Shown: one piece after another, positions 26,709 to 36,365 of the stretch
How the letters are laid out: each line of letters starts with the position of its first letter
Numbering within the stretch: the first letter of the stretch is position 1
Source: Phaeovulum sp.
Lineage (GTDB): Bacteria; Pseudomonadota; Alphaproteobacteria; Rhodobacterales; Rhodobacteraceae
Length of the DNA: 50,810 nt
Reading direction: 5' to 3'
NCBI RefSeq assembly: GCF_041596715.1
Contig: NZ_JBFHIA010000001.1
Span: 1-50,810 of the forward strand
Position numbers and translations under genes: made by a program
The notes under the pieces: model-generated
What the model saw: the letters and a program-made list of their open reading frames with translations, nothing else
Databases searched by the model: none
What the model was told of the DNA's origin: nothing

Positions 26709-26801
26709 TCGGGCTCCAAGTCGCCAAGTCAGTCCATCTTTGACCGGCTCTCCCCCGGCCATGGCCTGAACCGAAATAGAGGACTTCAAGAGCAACGGCA
26801 A

Positions 26802-28682
26802 TCATCGCTCCCGCTCAAAATCATCGTCCCGCCCACGTCGCCGCGAGCGCGTGTGCTCGCTCCTGCGCTCGGCACGAGAAATGCGTTTCGGCTCGACGGT
26901 TCCCTCATCTCCGCCGTTATCCCCGTCACCCCCATCACGCGCCGCCTCGCGAAACTGATCCGCGAGCGGCAATTCCGTCCAGTGGGGTTCGGGCGCTGCC
27001 TGGGATCGCGCAGCCGTCGTCTCATCCGCCGACACCTCGGCTTGGCGTTGTCGGGTGCGCTGCCGACGGCGCACGGTATCGTCACCACCACGGCGCCCGC
27101 CACGAGTGCTCTCACCTTTGCCGTTCTTCTCAATGATCGTCCCCTCTGAAGAATTCGTTACGGCCGCCCCGAACGCTTTACGCAAGGCACCGCGATCATC
27201 AGCATCCTGCCGATCGACTGTGACGTTGCTCTCCTGATCCTGACGACGATCATCATGACGATCACGCGCACGGTAACGATCCTTTGCTTTGTGCGGCACA
27301 GCCGATCGACCCTTCGGCTTCAGCGCCAGATTGAGTGCCGGCATATGGTCATGCCCCTGGCGCTGCTGAATGCGTTCTTGTTTGTGCTGCGCCACCTCAT
27401 AGCTTTTCAGTTCCCGCGCCTCGATTTGCGCCAGTGCCCGGACCTCCCGCGCCGCATCGATCGCCTGCAAGGTATGCCGATGCTCCAGTACGCGCCGTGC
27501 CTCCGCCTGCGTCTCTCGGAGCGCCTCTTTCTCCTGTTGGAAGACGGCATGGCGTTGCGCATCACGATGTTTGTGAAGCTTGTTAATGACGAAACTGACG
27601 CCCGTGACCCGGCCTAGAAACGCCGCAAGACCTGTCGGCTTCGCAGCGGCGCGGGCCTGTTTCACCCGTCGGGCATCATCCAGATAGCGCGTGCGCAACT
27701 GTCGCCGCGCCGCCAGCTGCCCTTGCAAAAGCGCGCCAACCTCCTGCCGATGCCGCGCCTGCATCGTGGCCTGCGCCGCCTCGATCTTCTCCCTACGGCT
27801 TGCTTGCGCTGCTTTCAGAAGGTCGAGCTTCTCGGCGTCGCGTCCGGATTTGACAAAATCCTCCCGCGCCTGGCGGTGTGATGCCACCAAAGCCTTGGCC
27901 TCATCCACGGTGGGCAAAGTCTCCGGCGGGAAATCCCGCTCCAGGAAAGCGCGGATGTCTTTCGTGCGGATGCTACGGTCATCGATCAGTTTCGGCAGCG
28001 CATTCATGTTGCCGTAGAGATCGACCAGCACATAGGGCCGGCTCCCAGTGGCGAGCACGTAGCCCATTTCTTCCAGCGCCCGCACAAACGCGCGCGGACT
28101 GTCGCTGCGCTTCCACGCAGCGGTGACGGCAGCCATGCGATCTTCTTTGGTGAGGCCGGAATTGCGCTCCTGCTGCGTCTCGTAGAGCGACTTCTTGCGC
28201 CTAGCATCACCGCCGTGCTCATAGCCGGCAGGAAGGGTCAGCCCATGATCGCGGGCGAACTCCCGCGTGACCATCATCAGCTTGTCATGATCGAAGGGCT
28301 GGTGGATGGCCTTGCCAGCCTGCGCATCGATGCGGGACCAGACGATATGACAATGCTCGCGCCCCTCCTTGATGTGGAACACCAGGGCGCGGGGCTGACC
28401 CGTCAAGCCGAGGGCTTTTTCAACGCGCTCGGCATAGTCGCGGTACTGATCGCGGCTGAGCTGCCCCTGACCGAGATCGGGATTGACCGACAAGCTGTAG
28501 AGGTAATTCCGGCACTTGGTTAGGGAATGCGCGATCGCCTCCCATTCGGCGAACGCGCCGTGCAGGTCGTCGGCGACCGCGCCGCGCACCTCTGCCAGCT
28601 CGACATATTCATTGTCGTGCGCGTTGAGCAGATGGGTGGCGAGATCCTGCCCGCCGGCACGCTGGCTCGCCTTGGGGATCAT
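26802..28682 (-). CDS. Relaxase/mobilization nuclease (MobA/VirD2, MOBQ-like)
   Basis: MIPKASQRAGGQDLATHLLN..YLYSLSVNP..REHCHIVWSRID. The C-terminus is an Arg/Asp-rich low-complexity tail. Confidence 0.88.
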   Translation of the reverse strand: MIPKASQRAGGQDLATHLLNAHDNEYVELAEVRGAVADDLHGAFAEWEAIAHSLTKCRNYLYSLSVNPDLGQGQLSRDQYRDYAERVEKALGLTGQPRALVFHIKEGREHCHIVWSRIDAQAGKAIHQPFDHDKLMMVTREFARDHGLTLPAGYEHGGDARRKKSLYETQQERNSGLTKEDRMAAVTAAWKRSDSPRAFVRALEEMGYVLATGSRPYVLVDLYGNMNALPKLIDDRSIRTKDIRAFLERDFPPETLPTVDEAKALVASHRQAREDFVKSGRDAEKLDLLKAAQASRREKIEAAQATMQARHRQEVGALLQGQLAARRQLRTRYLDDARRVKQARAAAKPTGLAAFLGRVTGVSFVINKLHKHRDAQRHAVFQQEKEALRETQAEARRVLEHRHTLQAIDAAREVRALAQIEARELKSYEVAQHKQERIQQRQGHDHMPALNLALKPKGRSAVPHKAKDRYRARDRHDDRRQDQESNVTVDRQDADDRGALRKAFGAAVTNSSEGTIIEKNGKGESTRGGRRGGDDTVRRRQRTRQRQAEVSADETTAARSQAAPEPHWTELPLADQFREAARDGGDGDNGGDEGTVEPKRISRAERRSEHTRSRRRGRDDDFERER

Positions 28683-29014
28683 GGTTTTCGCCCCAAGGCA
28701 GCGAGACAGGCGGCGCGGATTTCGCGAAGGTCGCGAAGGGCTTCTTCGAGCAGCGCGGCGTCGAGATCAGCATCGACGCCGACCGCCCCCAGGCGGTCAT
28801 GCAGGCGCGCGGTTTCGGCAAGAAGGCGCGCGACTGTCTGCTGCTCGACGGGAGCCCGCCGGGTCTGGCGCGGCGCATCCTGGTCGAAGACGGCTTGGGT
28901 GATGAAGGCATTGACGGACAGGCCGGAGGCCTCGACACGCGCGCGAAACGCCTCCCGCAACGCGGTGGGCGGGCGATAGGATATCGGTGCAGCGCGTGTC
29001 TCTTTCTCCGTCAT
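28679..29014 (-). CDS. MobC-like relaxosome accessory protein
   Basis: 111 aa directly upstream of the relaxase, overlapping it by 4 nt. ISYRPPTALREAFRARVEASGLSVNAFITQAV is RHH-like. Confidence 0.7.
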   Translation of the reverse strand: MTEKETRAAPISYRPPTALREAFRARVEASGLSVNAFITQAVFDQDAPRQTRRAPVEQQTVARLLAETARLHDRLGAVGVDADLDAALLEEALRDLREIRAACLAALGRKP

Positions 29015-29442
29015 GCATCAACACGTAGCCGCATTGATCGGCACCAGACCGCGCGCAAACCGCGCTTGCCGATCCGTCTTCGACTGGCGACACACCTGTC
29101 GCAGCCGCCGCCGGGTCCAGGGGCGCAGCCATGCCCCTGGTCGATGGGATCGCAAAGGGAGAGCAGACATCTCGCCTTTGCTCGAAGCCGGTGCCGAAAC
29201 ACCGGTCGTGGTTCAGGACACGAAAGTCCTGGCCGTGGTTGCAAGGGGCGCGGATAGCCCTTTGCGCGATGGGTCCAGGGAGAGCGGCAGTCTCCATGGT
29301 CGTGATGCAACGCCGAAATCGTTGCGCTCAGCCGGGATGGGTTCGACACCCAAAAGCGCCAGCGCCCGGCTGAAAGCATCCGTTGGACCGAATACGCCAC
29401 AAGCGGATTCGCAGCCTTACGGGTGCCCTGAGGGGGGTCTGC

Positions 29443-29497
29443 GGGGGACTGGAGAGTCCCCCCAGCAAGGTGCGCGTGGTAGTACCATGCACACCTT
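29443..29497. other. Candidate oriT inverted repeats
   Basis: GGGGGACT-ggag-AGTCCCCC (29443-29462) and AAGGTGCGCGTGGTA-g-TACCATGCACACCTT (29467-29497, 13/15 pairs), in the 745-bp gap upstream of mobC. Confidence 0.3.
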
Positions 29498-29758
29498 GTA
29501 CTCATCTCTATCTGGGATTGCCCCTCATACTATAATTGTAGCAGAGCAGCGAGGCGGAATGGAAATGTGCATCCACTCAATCTGACGATGTGACTGGAGT
29601 GTACATCACACTATTTCTGGCCACAACAGCGCGCGGTTTTGACGAGGAAAGCGCCATCAATATTGCACGACATTCATCGCCATCACGCAATGGCACCCTG
29701 ACCTTTCCTGGAATGTACATCACAAACCAACAAAGGCGGTGCAGAAGGATGGTTCACG

Positions 29759-30439
29759 ATGAACATGCATTCTGCTCCGGCGCTCCTGCCGATCAAACCC
29801 ACCCGCGACACCTATGATCGATTCCAGCAGGCATACGAGCATTTCAACAAGGCGCTGTTTGGCAACGAGTTGCCAAACGCGCTGATTACCCTCCAGCGCC
29901 GCAAGGGTACGTTCGGCTATTTCTCCGGCGATAGATTCAACAATAACGAGGGCCGGGCTGCCGATGAGATCGCGCTCAATCCTGCCCGCTTTGGTGATCG
30001 CTCCCTGATCGAAATCCTCGGCACGCTGGTCCACGAGATGGTGCATCTTTGGCAGCATCATCAAGGGACCCCAGGACGCGGGCGCTATCATAACCGCGAG
30101 TGGGCCGACAAAATGAAGAGCGTCGGCTTGCAGCCTACCGACACCGGCGAAGAAGGTGGGAAAGAGACCGGTGAGACGGTCACTCATATCATCGTTCCCG
30201 GCGGCGCGTTCGAGAACGCCGCCCAGAAGTTGATGGCGAGGGATTTCGCGATCACTTGGAAGGAAGCGCCGGCTGCGCTGCTTCCAAATTCCAATGGCGG
30301 CGACGAAGCTGCCGCGACGCAAAAGAGCGGCAAGCGACTGCGCTACACCTGCCCGGACTGCGCGCTAAAAGCCTGGGCAAAGCATGATGCCCGGCTTGTC
30401 TGCGGCGAACACATGGTACCCATGTTGGTCAGCGCCTAA
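29759..30439 (+). CDS. SprT-like zinc metalloprotease domain protein
   Basis: LVHEMVHLWQHH HEXXH motif. C-terminal YTCPDCALKAWAKHDARLVCGEH is zinc-ribbon-like. Confidence 0.8.
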   Translation: MNMHSAPALLPIKPTRDTYDRFQQAYEHFNKALFGNELPNALITLQRRKGTFGYFSGDRFNNNEGRAADEIALNPARFGDRSLIEILGTLVHEMVHLWQHHQGTPGRGRYHNREWADKMKSVGLQPTDTGEEGGKETGETVTHIIVPGGAFENAAQKLMARDFAITWKEAPAALLPNSNGGDEAAATQKSGKRLRYTCPDCALKAWAKHDARLVCGEHMVPMLVSA

Positions 30440-30459
30440 AGCAGCCAAGCCAAAAACTC

Positions 30460-30489
30460 GGGCGCGAACCTCCGGTCCGCGCCCTTTTT
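30460..30489 (+). terminator. Rho-independent terminator between convergent genes
   Basis: GGGCGCGAACC-tcc-GGTCCGCGCCC with one mismatch, followed by TTTTT. An A-run upstream suggests it could work in both directions. Confidence 0.7.
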
Positions 30490-30507
30490 CATGTCCGCAG
30501 CACGCGG

Positions 30508-30783
30508 CTAGAAAAGCGTCATCTGCCGCGCTTTTTCCAGCTGATCCTTCCATGATTTTGTCTCAGCGGCTTGGTCGAGCCAGCCCCGCACGAACGCGAC
30601 CGGCCCACCGGCCTCCGCGATCGTTTCCGCGTCGATGAACCGGGACCGGTATCCTGTTTCGGTTATCGGTAGAGGGTCATTCTCCGGCTCAACGGTACTC
30701 ACCTGTAGATGCGCCGTACTGAAGGACCCTCGGTTCCTAACCAGTTCTGCTCGTAGCGCACTTCGATCGAGAAGCCGCGCCAA
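30508..30783 (-). CDS. Hypothetical protein (island backbone)
   Basis: 91-aa ORF in a same-strand run of small genes. No motif recognised. Confidence 0.45.
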   Translation of the reverse strand: MARLLDRSALRAELVRNRGSFSTAHLQVSTVEPENDPLPITETGYRSRFIDAETIAEAGGPVAFVRGWLDQAAETKSWKDQLEKARQMTLF

Positions 30784-30811
30784 AGGATGGTGTGGGTTTC
30801 AAGGGAGCGCG

Positions 30812-31096
30812 TCATGACGCGCTCCCGTTCATACAATCGATTTCTGAATCCCCTTTCGCAAGAACGAGTGCTTCACGCGCACCCTCGAAGTCCATGGCGT
30901 AGAGATCACCATCGGCATCGAGCATATGTTCAAGTGCCTCAAAGAGACGATGAGATGCGGCAAAAAGACGGGCGGCTTTTTCCTGATCGCCTCTGGACCA
31001 TTCTCCGTTCGTTGATGCGATGGGCACGCCGTTAAGGTGGATCGAAAAGTGAGGCAGTTCGGCACCTGGTTCGTATTGGTATTGCAAATCGTACAT
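30812..31096 (-). CDS. Hypothetical protein (island backbone)
   Basis: 94-aa ORF. No motif recognised. Confidence 0.45.
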   Translation of the reverse strand: MYDLQYQYEPGAELPHFSIHLNGVPIASTNGEWSRGDQEKAARLFAASHRLFEALEHMLDADGDLYAMDFEGAREALVLAKGDSEIDCMNGSAS

Positions 31097-31141
31097 GTCT
31101 GACGACCTCGGTTTGGGGTGGTGAGGAAGATGAGGGGGCGC

Positions 31142-31381
31142 TTACGCGCCCGCCTCCTGATCGGTGTTGTCCTCGGCCGGAACCCGGAGGATGACGCGTC
31201 CGCCATTGACGGGGACCAGATCGAGTTGAAGGGTGTAACCTTCGCCGTCCTTGTGATCCCAGGCGGCGCCGATGCGGGTCCAGAAGGACTTCTCGCCTTT
31301 CTCGTCGACGTGCCAGGCTATAAACGCCGGGGTGCGGGACTCGCGGGCCGGTTTGCGGTTCGGGGTGTTGTTGCGTGCCAT
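31142..31381 (-). CDS. Small conserved island protein, possibly DUF736-like
   Basis: AAGGAG lies 8 nt before the ATG at 31381. RIGAAWDHKDGEGYTLQLDLVP loosely resembles DUF736. Confidence 0.45.
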   Translation of the reverse strand: MARNNTPNRKPARESRTPAFIAWHVDEKGEKSFWTRIGAAWDHKDGEGYTLQLDLVPVNGGRVILRVPAEDNTDQEAGA

Positions 31382-31826
31382 GATGTAAGCTCCTTTCGCT
31401 TGGGTTTTCCTCGACACGCCTCACCTAGGAGCGGGCGGAGAAGCGACGGGTTCACGGCCGATACGCGGGAGGGGGATCGCCCGCCTTGCAGGTTTGCCGA
31501 AAGGCGGGGACACCCGCGTATCACCCCAGGGGCCGAAGGGCCTTGAACCCGGTGCGCGCCCGATCAGGTTTGGCGTGTTCAGTCGAGGGAAATCCCAAAG
31601 CGAAAGGTCGAAGCGTTTCAGGCATGCTCATCCCGGTCGCAGACAAGCCCTGTCCACCACTCCTGCGCAAAAGCCACATGAAGTAGAGACGGCCACCGGT
31701 CGTGTGGCCGCAGCGTCCGCTGGGATCATTACGGCGACCACCTCTCGGCCTCGTCCCGATGGACGCGGTTTGTGCGCGGAATCCAAGCGCGAAGCCCTGC
31801 GATAGTCGGAGCATCTCCAAACAAGG

Positions 31827-33362
31827 ATGGCGCCGATGGACGACTTCTTTACCGACTTCTCCCGCGATATCGCACGCGGCGTGTCCACTCGCTTCCTGCA
31901 CCAGCAGACGGTGCCGCAGGCGCGCTGGCTGGAACCGGCCAAGCTCGCGCACCATGCGGCCATTGCCTATGACCCGGCAAATCCTGGTCGCAAGATCATG
32001 GTCGGAGCACTTGGCTCAAAGCTGATCGGAATCGAAGATAACCGGCATATGATGACGGTGGCGGGATCGCGCACCGGCAAGTCGGTCACGCTGGTCGGCA
32101 ATTTGATGTTCTATCCCGGTTCTGTTCTGGCGCTCGATCCCAAGGGTGAGCTCGCCAACCTGACCGCGCGCCGCCGGGCAAAACTAGGACAGACCATCCT
32201 TGTCCTCGACCCGTTCAACACCTGTGCACCGCATGCGGCCAGGTTTCGCAAGCGCTATAATCCGCTGGCGGTTTTAAAGCCCGACAGCGAAACGATCATC
32301 GAGGATGCGGGCATGATCGCGGATGCGCTGATCGTCCCGGCGGGCAAAGACCCGCATTGGGACGAAAGCGCGCGCAACTTTCTCGAAGGTCTTATCCTGC
32401 ATGTGGCCACTGCGCCGCAGTTCGAAGGCGAGCGCACGCTGATCGCTGTGCGCAGCCTGCTGCGCGACGCGCTATTGGGCGATGAAGGTGAGGAAGACGG
32501 TTTCACGCTAGAATTGGCGATGTTCGCCAATGCGGAGCGCTTGCAGGACGACGCCGATAAAGCTGACATCGCAAACGCGATCGAAAGCGCGGCGCGCGAG
32601 TTTTACGAGAAGCCGGTCAATGAACGCGCGAGCGTTCTGTCGACCACGCGTCGCCACACTAAGTTTCTGGACTACCGTGCGATGCGCAGCGTGCTGTCAG
32701 GACATGATTTCGATCTCTCTGATCTAAAATCTGCCACTGCCAGCGCGACCCTCTATCTCTGCCTTCCCGCCACACGGATGGGTCTGTGCAATCGCTGGCT
32801 GCGCTTGTTCGTCAATCAGCTGATTGACGCGATGGAGCGCACGTGCGTGAAACCGGCGGCACCCGTGCTGGTCTGTCTCGATGAGTTTCCGGTATTGGGT
32901 CATATGCGGCAGCTCGAAGATGCGGCCGGTCAGATCGCTTCTTTCGATGTAAAGCTCTGGGTGTTTCTGCAGGACTGGGGTCAGGGCAAGGCGCTGTATG
33001 GCGACCGTTGGGAGACCTTTGCCGGCAATGCCGGTGTCATGCAGTTCTTCGGCAACAACGACATGATGACCATGGAGTATGTGTCCGGCAGGCTCGGCAA
33101 GACCACCGTCAGCGTCACGCGCGACGGCGAGGTCAGCCCAGAACAAGGCGCTATGGGCCTGGCCGGGCGCTCGACCAGTATCGAGCTGCACCCGCTACTG
33201 ACCCCCGAAGAGGTGAGCCGCCAGTTCGCCCGCAGTGACCGGCTTAAGCGGCAGCTAATCATCTGGGCGGGCCACCACCCGATGATGCTGCAACGTGTCG
33301 AATATTTCGATACGAGCAGTCCGCTGCATGCCGTGTTTGCCTGCAAGTTTGATGCGGACTAG
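31827..33362 (+). CDS. Type IV coupling protein-like ATPase (TraG/VirD4 family) lacking N-terminal TM helices
   Basis: Walker A TVAGSRTGKS and Walker B-like VLVCLDEFPVLG. 511 aa with no hydrophobic N-terminal segment. Confidence 0.85.
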   Translation: MAPMDDFFTDFSRDIARGVSTRFLHQQTVPQARWLEPAKLAHHAAIAYDPANPGRKIMVGALGSKLIGIEDNRHMMTVAGSRTGKSVTLVGNLMFYPGSVLALDPKGELANLTARRRAKLGQTILVLDPFNTCAPHAARFRKRYNPLAVLKPDSETIIEDAGMIADALIVPAGKDPHWDESARNFLEGLILHVATAPQFEGERTLIAVRSLLRDALLGDEGEEDGFTLELAMFANAERLQDDADKADIANAIESAAREFYEKPVNERASVLSTTRRHTKFLDYRAMRSVLSGHDFDLSDLKSATASATLYLCLPATRMGLCNRWLRLFVNQLIDAMERTCVKPAAPVLVCLDEFPVLGHMRQLEDAAGQIASFDVKLWVFLQDWGQGKALYGDRWETFAGNAGVMQFFGNNDMMTMEYVSGRLGKTTVSVTRDGEVSPEQGAMGLAGRSTSIELHPLLTPEEVSRQFARSDRLKRQLIIWAGHHPMMLQRVEYFDTSSPLHAVFACKFDAD

Positions 33363-33727
33363 CGCGCGCGCCGCCCTGCATCCTCGTCGGGCTGCCTCTC
33401 CGGTATCTGCTTGAACTGAAGGTCGTAGAGATAGCGGCCAAGAACAGGATTGTCGGCAACCTCGATGGCGAGGGTCGCCGCAGTGCGTCCCATACGATCG
33501 CGTATCCGCCCATCGCAGTTCCCGGTGCGCAAAAGGAGTTTGATAATGGGCACGGCATTACGGGCGGCGGCGTAATGCAGGGCGGTCATGCCGGTCCCCG
33601 CCTCCTGATAGTTGATCTTGCTGTAGCCACCCTCCAGCCACTCGGCGATGCGCTCGGCATTTCCCTGGCGCACAGCTTCAAGAAACGAGTCCGGCATGAC
33701 AAGGTTAGGGCCGGGCGGTGTCGCCAT
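33359..33727 (-). CDS. Ankyrin-repeat protein
   Basis: GMTALHYAAARNAVPIIKLLLRTGNCDGRIRDRMGRTAATLA. Its stop overlaps the T4CP stop in a shared CTAG. Confidence 0.75.
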   Translation of the reverse strand: MATPPGPNLVMPDSFLEAVRQGNAERIAEWLEGGYSKINYQEAGTGMTALHYAAARNAVPIIKLLLRTGNCDGRIRDRMGRTAATLAIEVADNPVLGRYLYDLQFKQIPERQPDEDAGRRAR

Positions 33728-33728
33728 C

Positions 33729-34574
33729 TCAGGCTTCCTCCTGCCGACTAAAATGCCAGATCATCTGACTCAGAAAGCCCGGCACCGGGGTTTCAGCCTC
33801 CGCACTCTCCTGCCGACCTAACGGCACGATCCGTGCCCCGCCTGCAATCGGCACGGGCCGCAGCATATGCATATTATGCGCGGCGTTCGCGCCCCCAGCC
33901 TCTCTGTCATCGGCGACGACGGTATAGACGTTGGCCTCACCATTGAGCCGGTCACGAATGAAGATGATGACCTGGCCGCGCGGGGCTTCAATCATCCAGC
34001 CATCGCGCTTTTCCATCGCGGTGCTGGCCACCTTCAAGAAACGGCGCAACTCCGCCGGATTGCGAGTGTGAGTGACCGCACTGGTGTTGTGCTCTGTCTC
34101 CTCAACCTGCAGGGCATTATTCCCGACCGGCGAAACGTCGAGCAGAACGTATTTCTTGCGCCCGCCGTCTGTCCGCACGGCCAGGAACTGGCCGCATAGC
34201 GCGTCGCGTGCCGGCAGGTGGCGCGGCGCAGCCTCCCCGAAGAAAGCCGCGAGCTGTCGGGCAGCGTCCAGAGGCGCTTGCGCTTCGCCGAGATCGGTTT
34301 TGCTCAGATAATGTTGCTCGGTCAGGAAGGCGGTGATGGCGTCAAGCCGCTCGACAGTCGGCGTCTGCAGACCAGCGGCGAACCGGCGCAGTGCCTCGCC
34401 CAGTATCTCTGAGCTTCCTTCTTTCTCGTTATAGGCGGGAGAGACGGATTCTGCGTCGAGAATATCCATCGCCACGCGGTGCCAAGGGCGCTTGCGCCCA
34501 TTGGTGCGCGCCTCGCTGCGGTAGCGGATCAAGCGGTCCCGTAGCCGCCGCAGGACCGGATCGGTGTACTCCAT
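33729..34574 (-). CDS. Hypothetical protein coupled to the ankyrin gene
   Basis: 281-aa ORF whose stop lies 1 nt before the ankyrin ATG. Confidence 0.55.
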   Translation of the reverse strand: MEYTDPVLRRLRDRLIRYRSEARTNGRKRPWHRVAMDILDAESVSPAYNEKEGSSEILGEALRRFAAGLQTPTVERLDAITAFLTEQHYLSKTDLGEAQAPLDAARQLAAFFGEAAPRHLPARDALCGQFLAVRTDGGRKKYVLLDVSPVGNNALQVEETEHNTSAVTHTRNPAELRRFLKVASTAMEKRDGWMIEAPRGQVIIFIRDRLNGEANVYTVVADDREAGGANAAHNMHMLRPVPIAGGARIVPLGRQESAEAETPVPGFLSQMIWHFSRQEEA

Positions 34575-34674
34575 CAGATGCGCTTTCTACGGACGCGGTT
34601 TGCGCGCGGTTTTACGAGCGCGACAGGCCTTACTTTCATTTCAGAACAGTCAAAGCGCAAGCTGATTTGAAAGG

Positions 34675-35385
34675 ATGAGAACAATGGAGAATTTGAAGCA
34701 GCCATTCGAAGGTGAACCGCAGACCCGCGAAATATCTGCAACCGATGGACAGGGAGGATATCATGTCACCGTGAAAGTTCTGACGCCACGGCGGGCGTGG
34801 GCGGCCGATATTGCGGACGTCCTGACCAGCCTCTATGTGGCTTTAATCCTGATCGGGCTGACGCTGAACGCGCCAGTCCTAGATTGGGCACATTGGGCGG
34901 CGACGGCCCTGTTCCTTGGCCTCTATTACGGGGCGCGGCCCGGCTTGCGCGACATGTGGCGCAAGACGACAAAGCTGCGCCTCGACGGGCAGCATATCGC
35001 CATCTGGCAGGATGGCCACTGGGTCTGTTTCGACCGTAAGCTTCCCCATCGTTTCGGCATCCTGCAGCACGACTATGCGCCGATGGAGAAGCTGAAGGAC
35101 GAGTTTGAACGGCAGAAAGCGCAGATGAAGCGCAAGGTGCTGTTTCGCAAGCCCTACTATGGCGACTCCTTCATCGTTTGCCTGGAATATCTCGGCCAGC
35201 GCCATGACCTCGTGACGGTCTATAGCCGCAAAGAAGCGTCTGCGGTGGTGGCACGGCTGCAGGCTTGCGGTGAGATCATCGAATCCCGCCTGCGGCAGGG
35301 GCGCGGTGCGCCGATTGATCCCGCCGATCAGTGGGGTCATCAGCCCGGCGACCTGGAGACTCCCGCGTCTTCGACCCTTCACTAA
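34675..35385 (+). CDS. Hypothetical membrane protein
   Basis: 236 aa with two hydrophobic segments (VLTSLYVALILIGLTL, WAATALFLGLYY). Confidence 0.5.
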   Translation: MRTMENLKQPFEGEPQTREISATDGQGGYHVTVKVLTPRRAWAADIADVLTSLYVALILIGLTLNAPVLDWAHWAATALFLGLYYGARPGLRDMWRKTTKLRLDGQHIAIWQDGHWVCFDRKLPHRFGILQHDYAPMEKLKDEFERQKAQMKRKVLFRKPYYGDSFIVCLEYLGQRHDLVTVYSRKEASAVVARLQACGEIIESRLRQGRGAPIDPADQWGHQPGDLETPASSTLH

Positions 35386-35462
35386 GTCCAGCGCCCGCTA
35401 TGCGGGTGCGGAAAATGCCGCCAGGGGAACCGCCCGGACCGAAAGTCCGGGCGGTTTTATGT

Positions 35463-36365
35463 TCAGGCTGCCATGGCGGTGCTCTCTGACTCTGCTTGCG
35501 TGCCCGCCAGAAAATCGGCAGCGCGCTGCGCGTGCGCGGCGGCGCTGAAGATCGCGCGCTTGTCACCCTTCAGGACTTCCAGCCATGAAGCGATATAGGC
35601 GGCATGATCGGCGCGCAGTTCCGGCGTCAAAGCTAGATCGGCACAAACAAACGCCGCGCCCAGTTCGGCGACCAGTTCCTCCATGGCGTAACCTTCATCA
35701 CCCCAGCGCTTGCGACCGAAATCACGGTCCAGCCGCGAAGGGTGCCGGGTCCAGTGAGTCAGTTCATGCGCAAGGGTGGCGTAATAGCTTTCCGCATCGC
35801 GGAAGGCTTCAAAGGGCGGCATCTGCACCCGGTCGAGCGCCACGCTATAGCAAGCCCGATCCCCGCCATGCGTGATCTGCGCGCCAACGCTGGCAAAGAA
35901 CCGCTCCGCCGGTTCAATCCGTGCCACCGGATCAAGAACCGGCTCCTGCAGCGCGTAAAAATGCGCGGGCAATCCTTCGACCTGCTCGGCATTGAAGACG
36001 GTGTATCCCTTCATGAATGGGATATCGCGCTCGGTCTCCTCGCCGGTGCTTTCGTCTTTTTCGGACCGGGTGACGGTGTTCGCATAGACAACGGGCGATC
36101 CCTTTTCCCCCTTGCGGACCTGCCCACCCAGCTCCTGCGCCTGTTTGTAAGTCAGCCACAACGGGGCGGCAAAACCCTTCTCCACAGCAGACGCCCACAG
36201 CATCAGAACATTGATCCCGCGATAAGCGATGCCGTTAGAGCGCAGCGGGCGCGTGATCCGCCCGGCGGCATGTTCGGCGCTCCATGGTTTGAGCCAAGGG
36301 CAGACGCCCTTTTCCAGCTCCACCACGATCTGGTCGGTCACTCGTTGATAAATATCGGAAGTCAT
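35463..36365 (-). CDS. ardC: ArdC-like antirestriction protein (ssDNA-binding N domain + zincin)
   Basis: PWLKPW, NGIAYRGINVLMLW, TYKQAQELGGQVRKGEKG, and HELTHWT metalloprotease motif. AAGGAG precedes the ATG at 36365. Confidence 0.85.
   Translation of the reverse strand: MTSDIYQRVTDQIVVELEKGVCPWLKPWSAEHAAGRITRPLRSNGIAYRGINVLMLWASAVEKGFAAPLWLTYKQAQELGGQVRKGEKGSPVVYANTVTRSEKDESTGEETERDIPFMKGYTVFNAEQVEGLPAHFYALQEPVLDPVARIEPAERFFASVGAQITHGGDRACYSVALDRVQMPPFEAFRDAESYYATLAHELTHWTRHPSRLDRDFGRKRWGDEGYAMEELVAELGAAFVCADLALTPELRADHAAYIASWLEVLKGDKRAIFSAAAHAQRAADFLAGTQAESESTAMAA

Noticed and set aside
29011-29817. ORFs 29013..29585 +, 29011..29505 - and 29590..29817 +.
   Set aside because: They overlap one another in the repeat-rich gap upstream of mobC, have no SD and have implausible composition. 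The region is more likely oriT or regulatory DNA.
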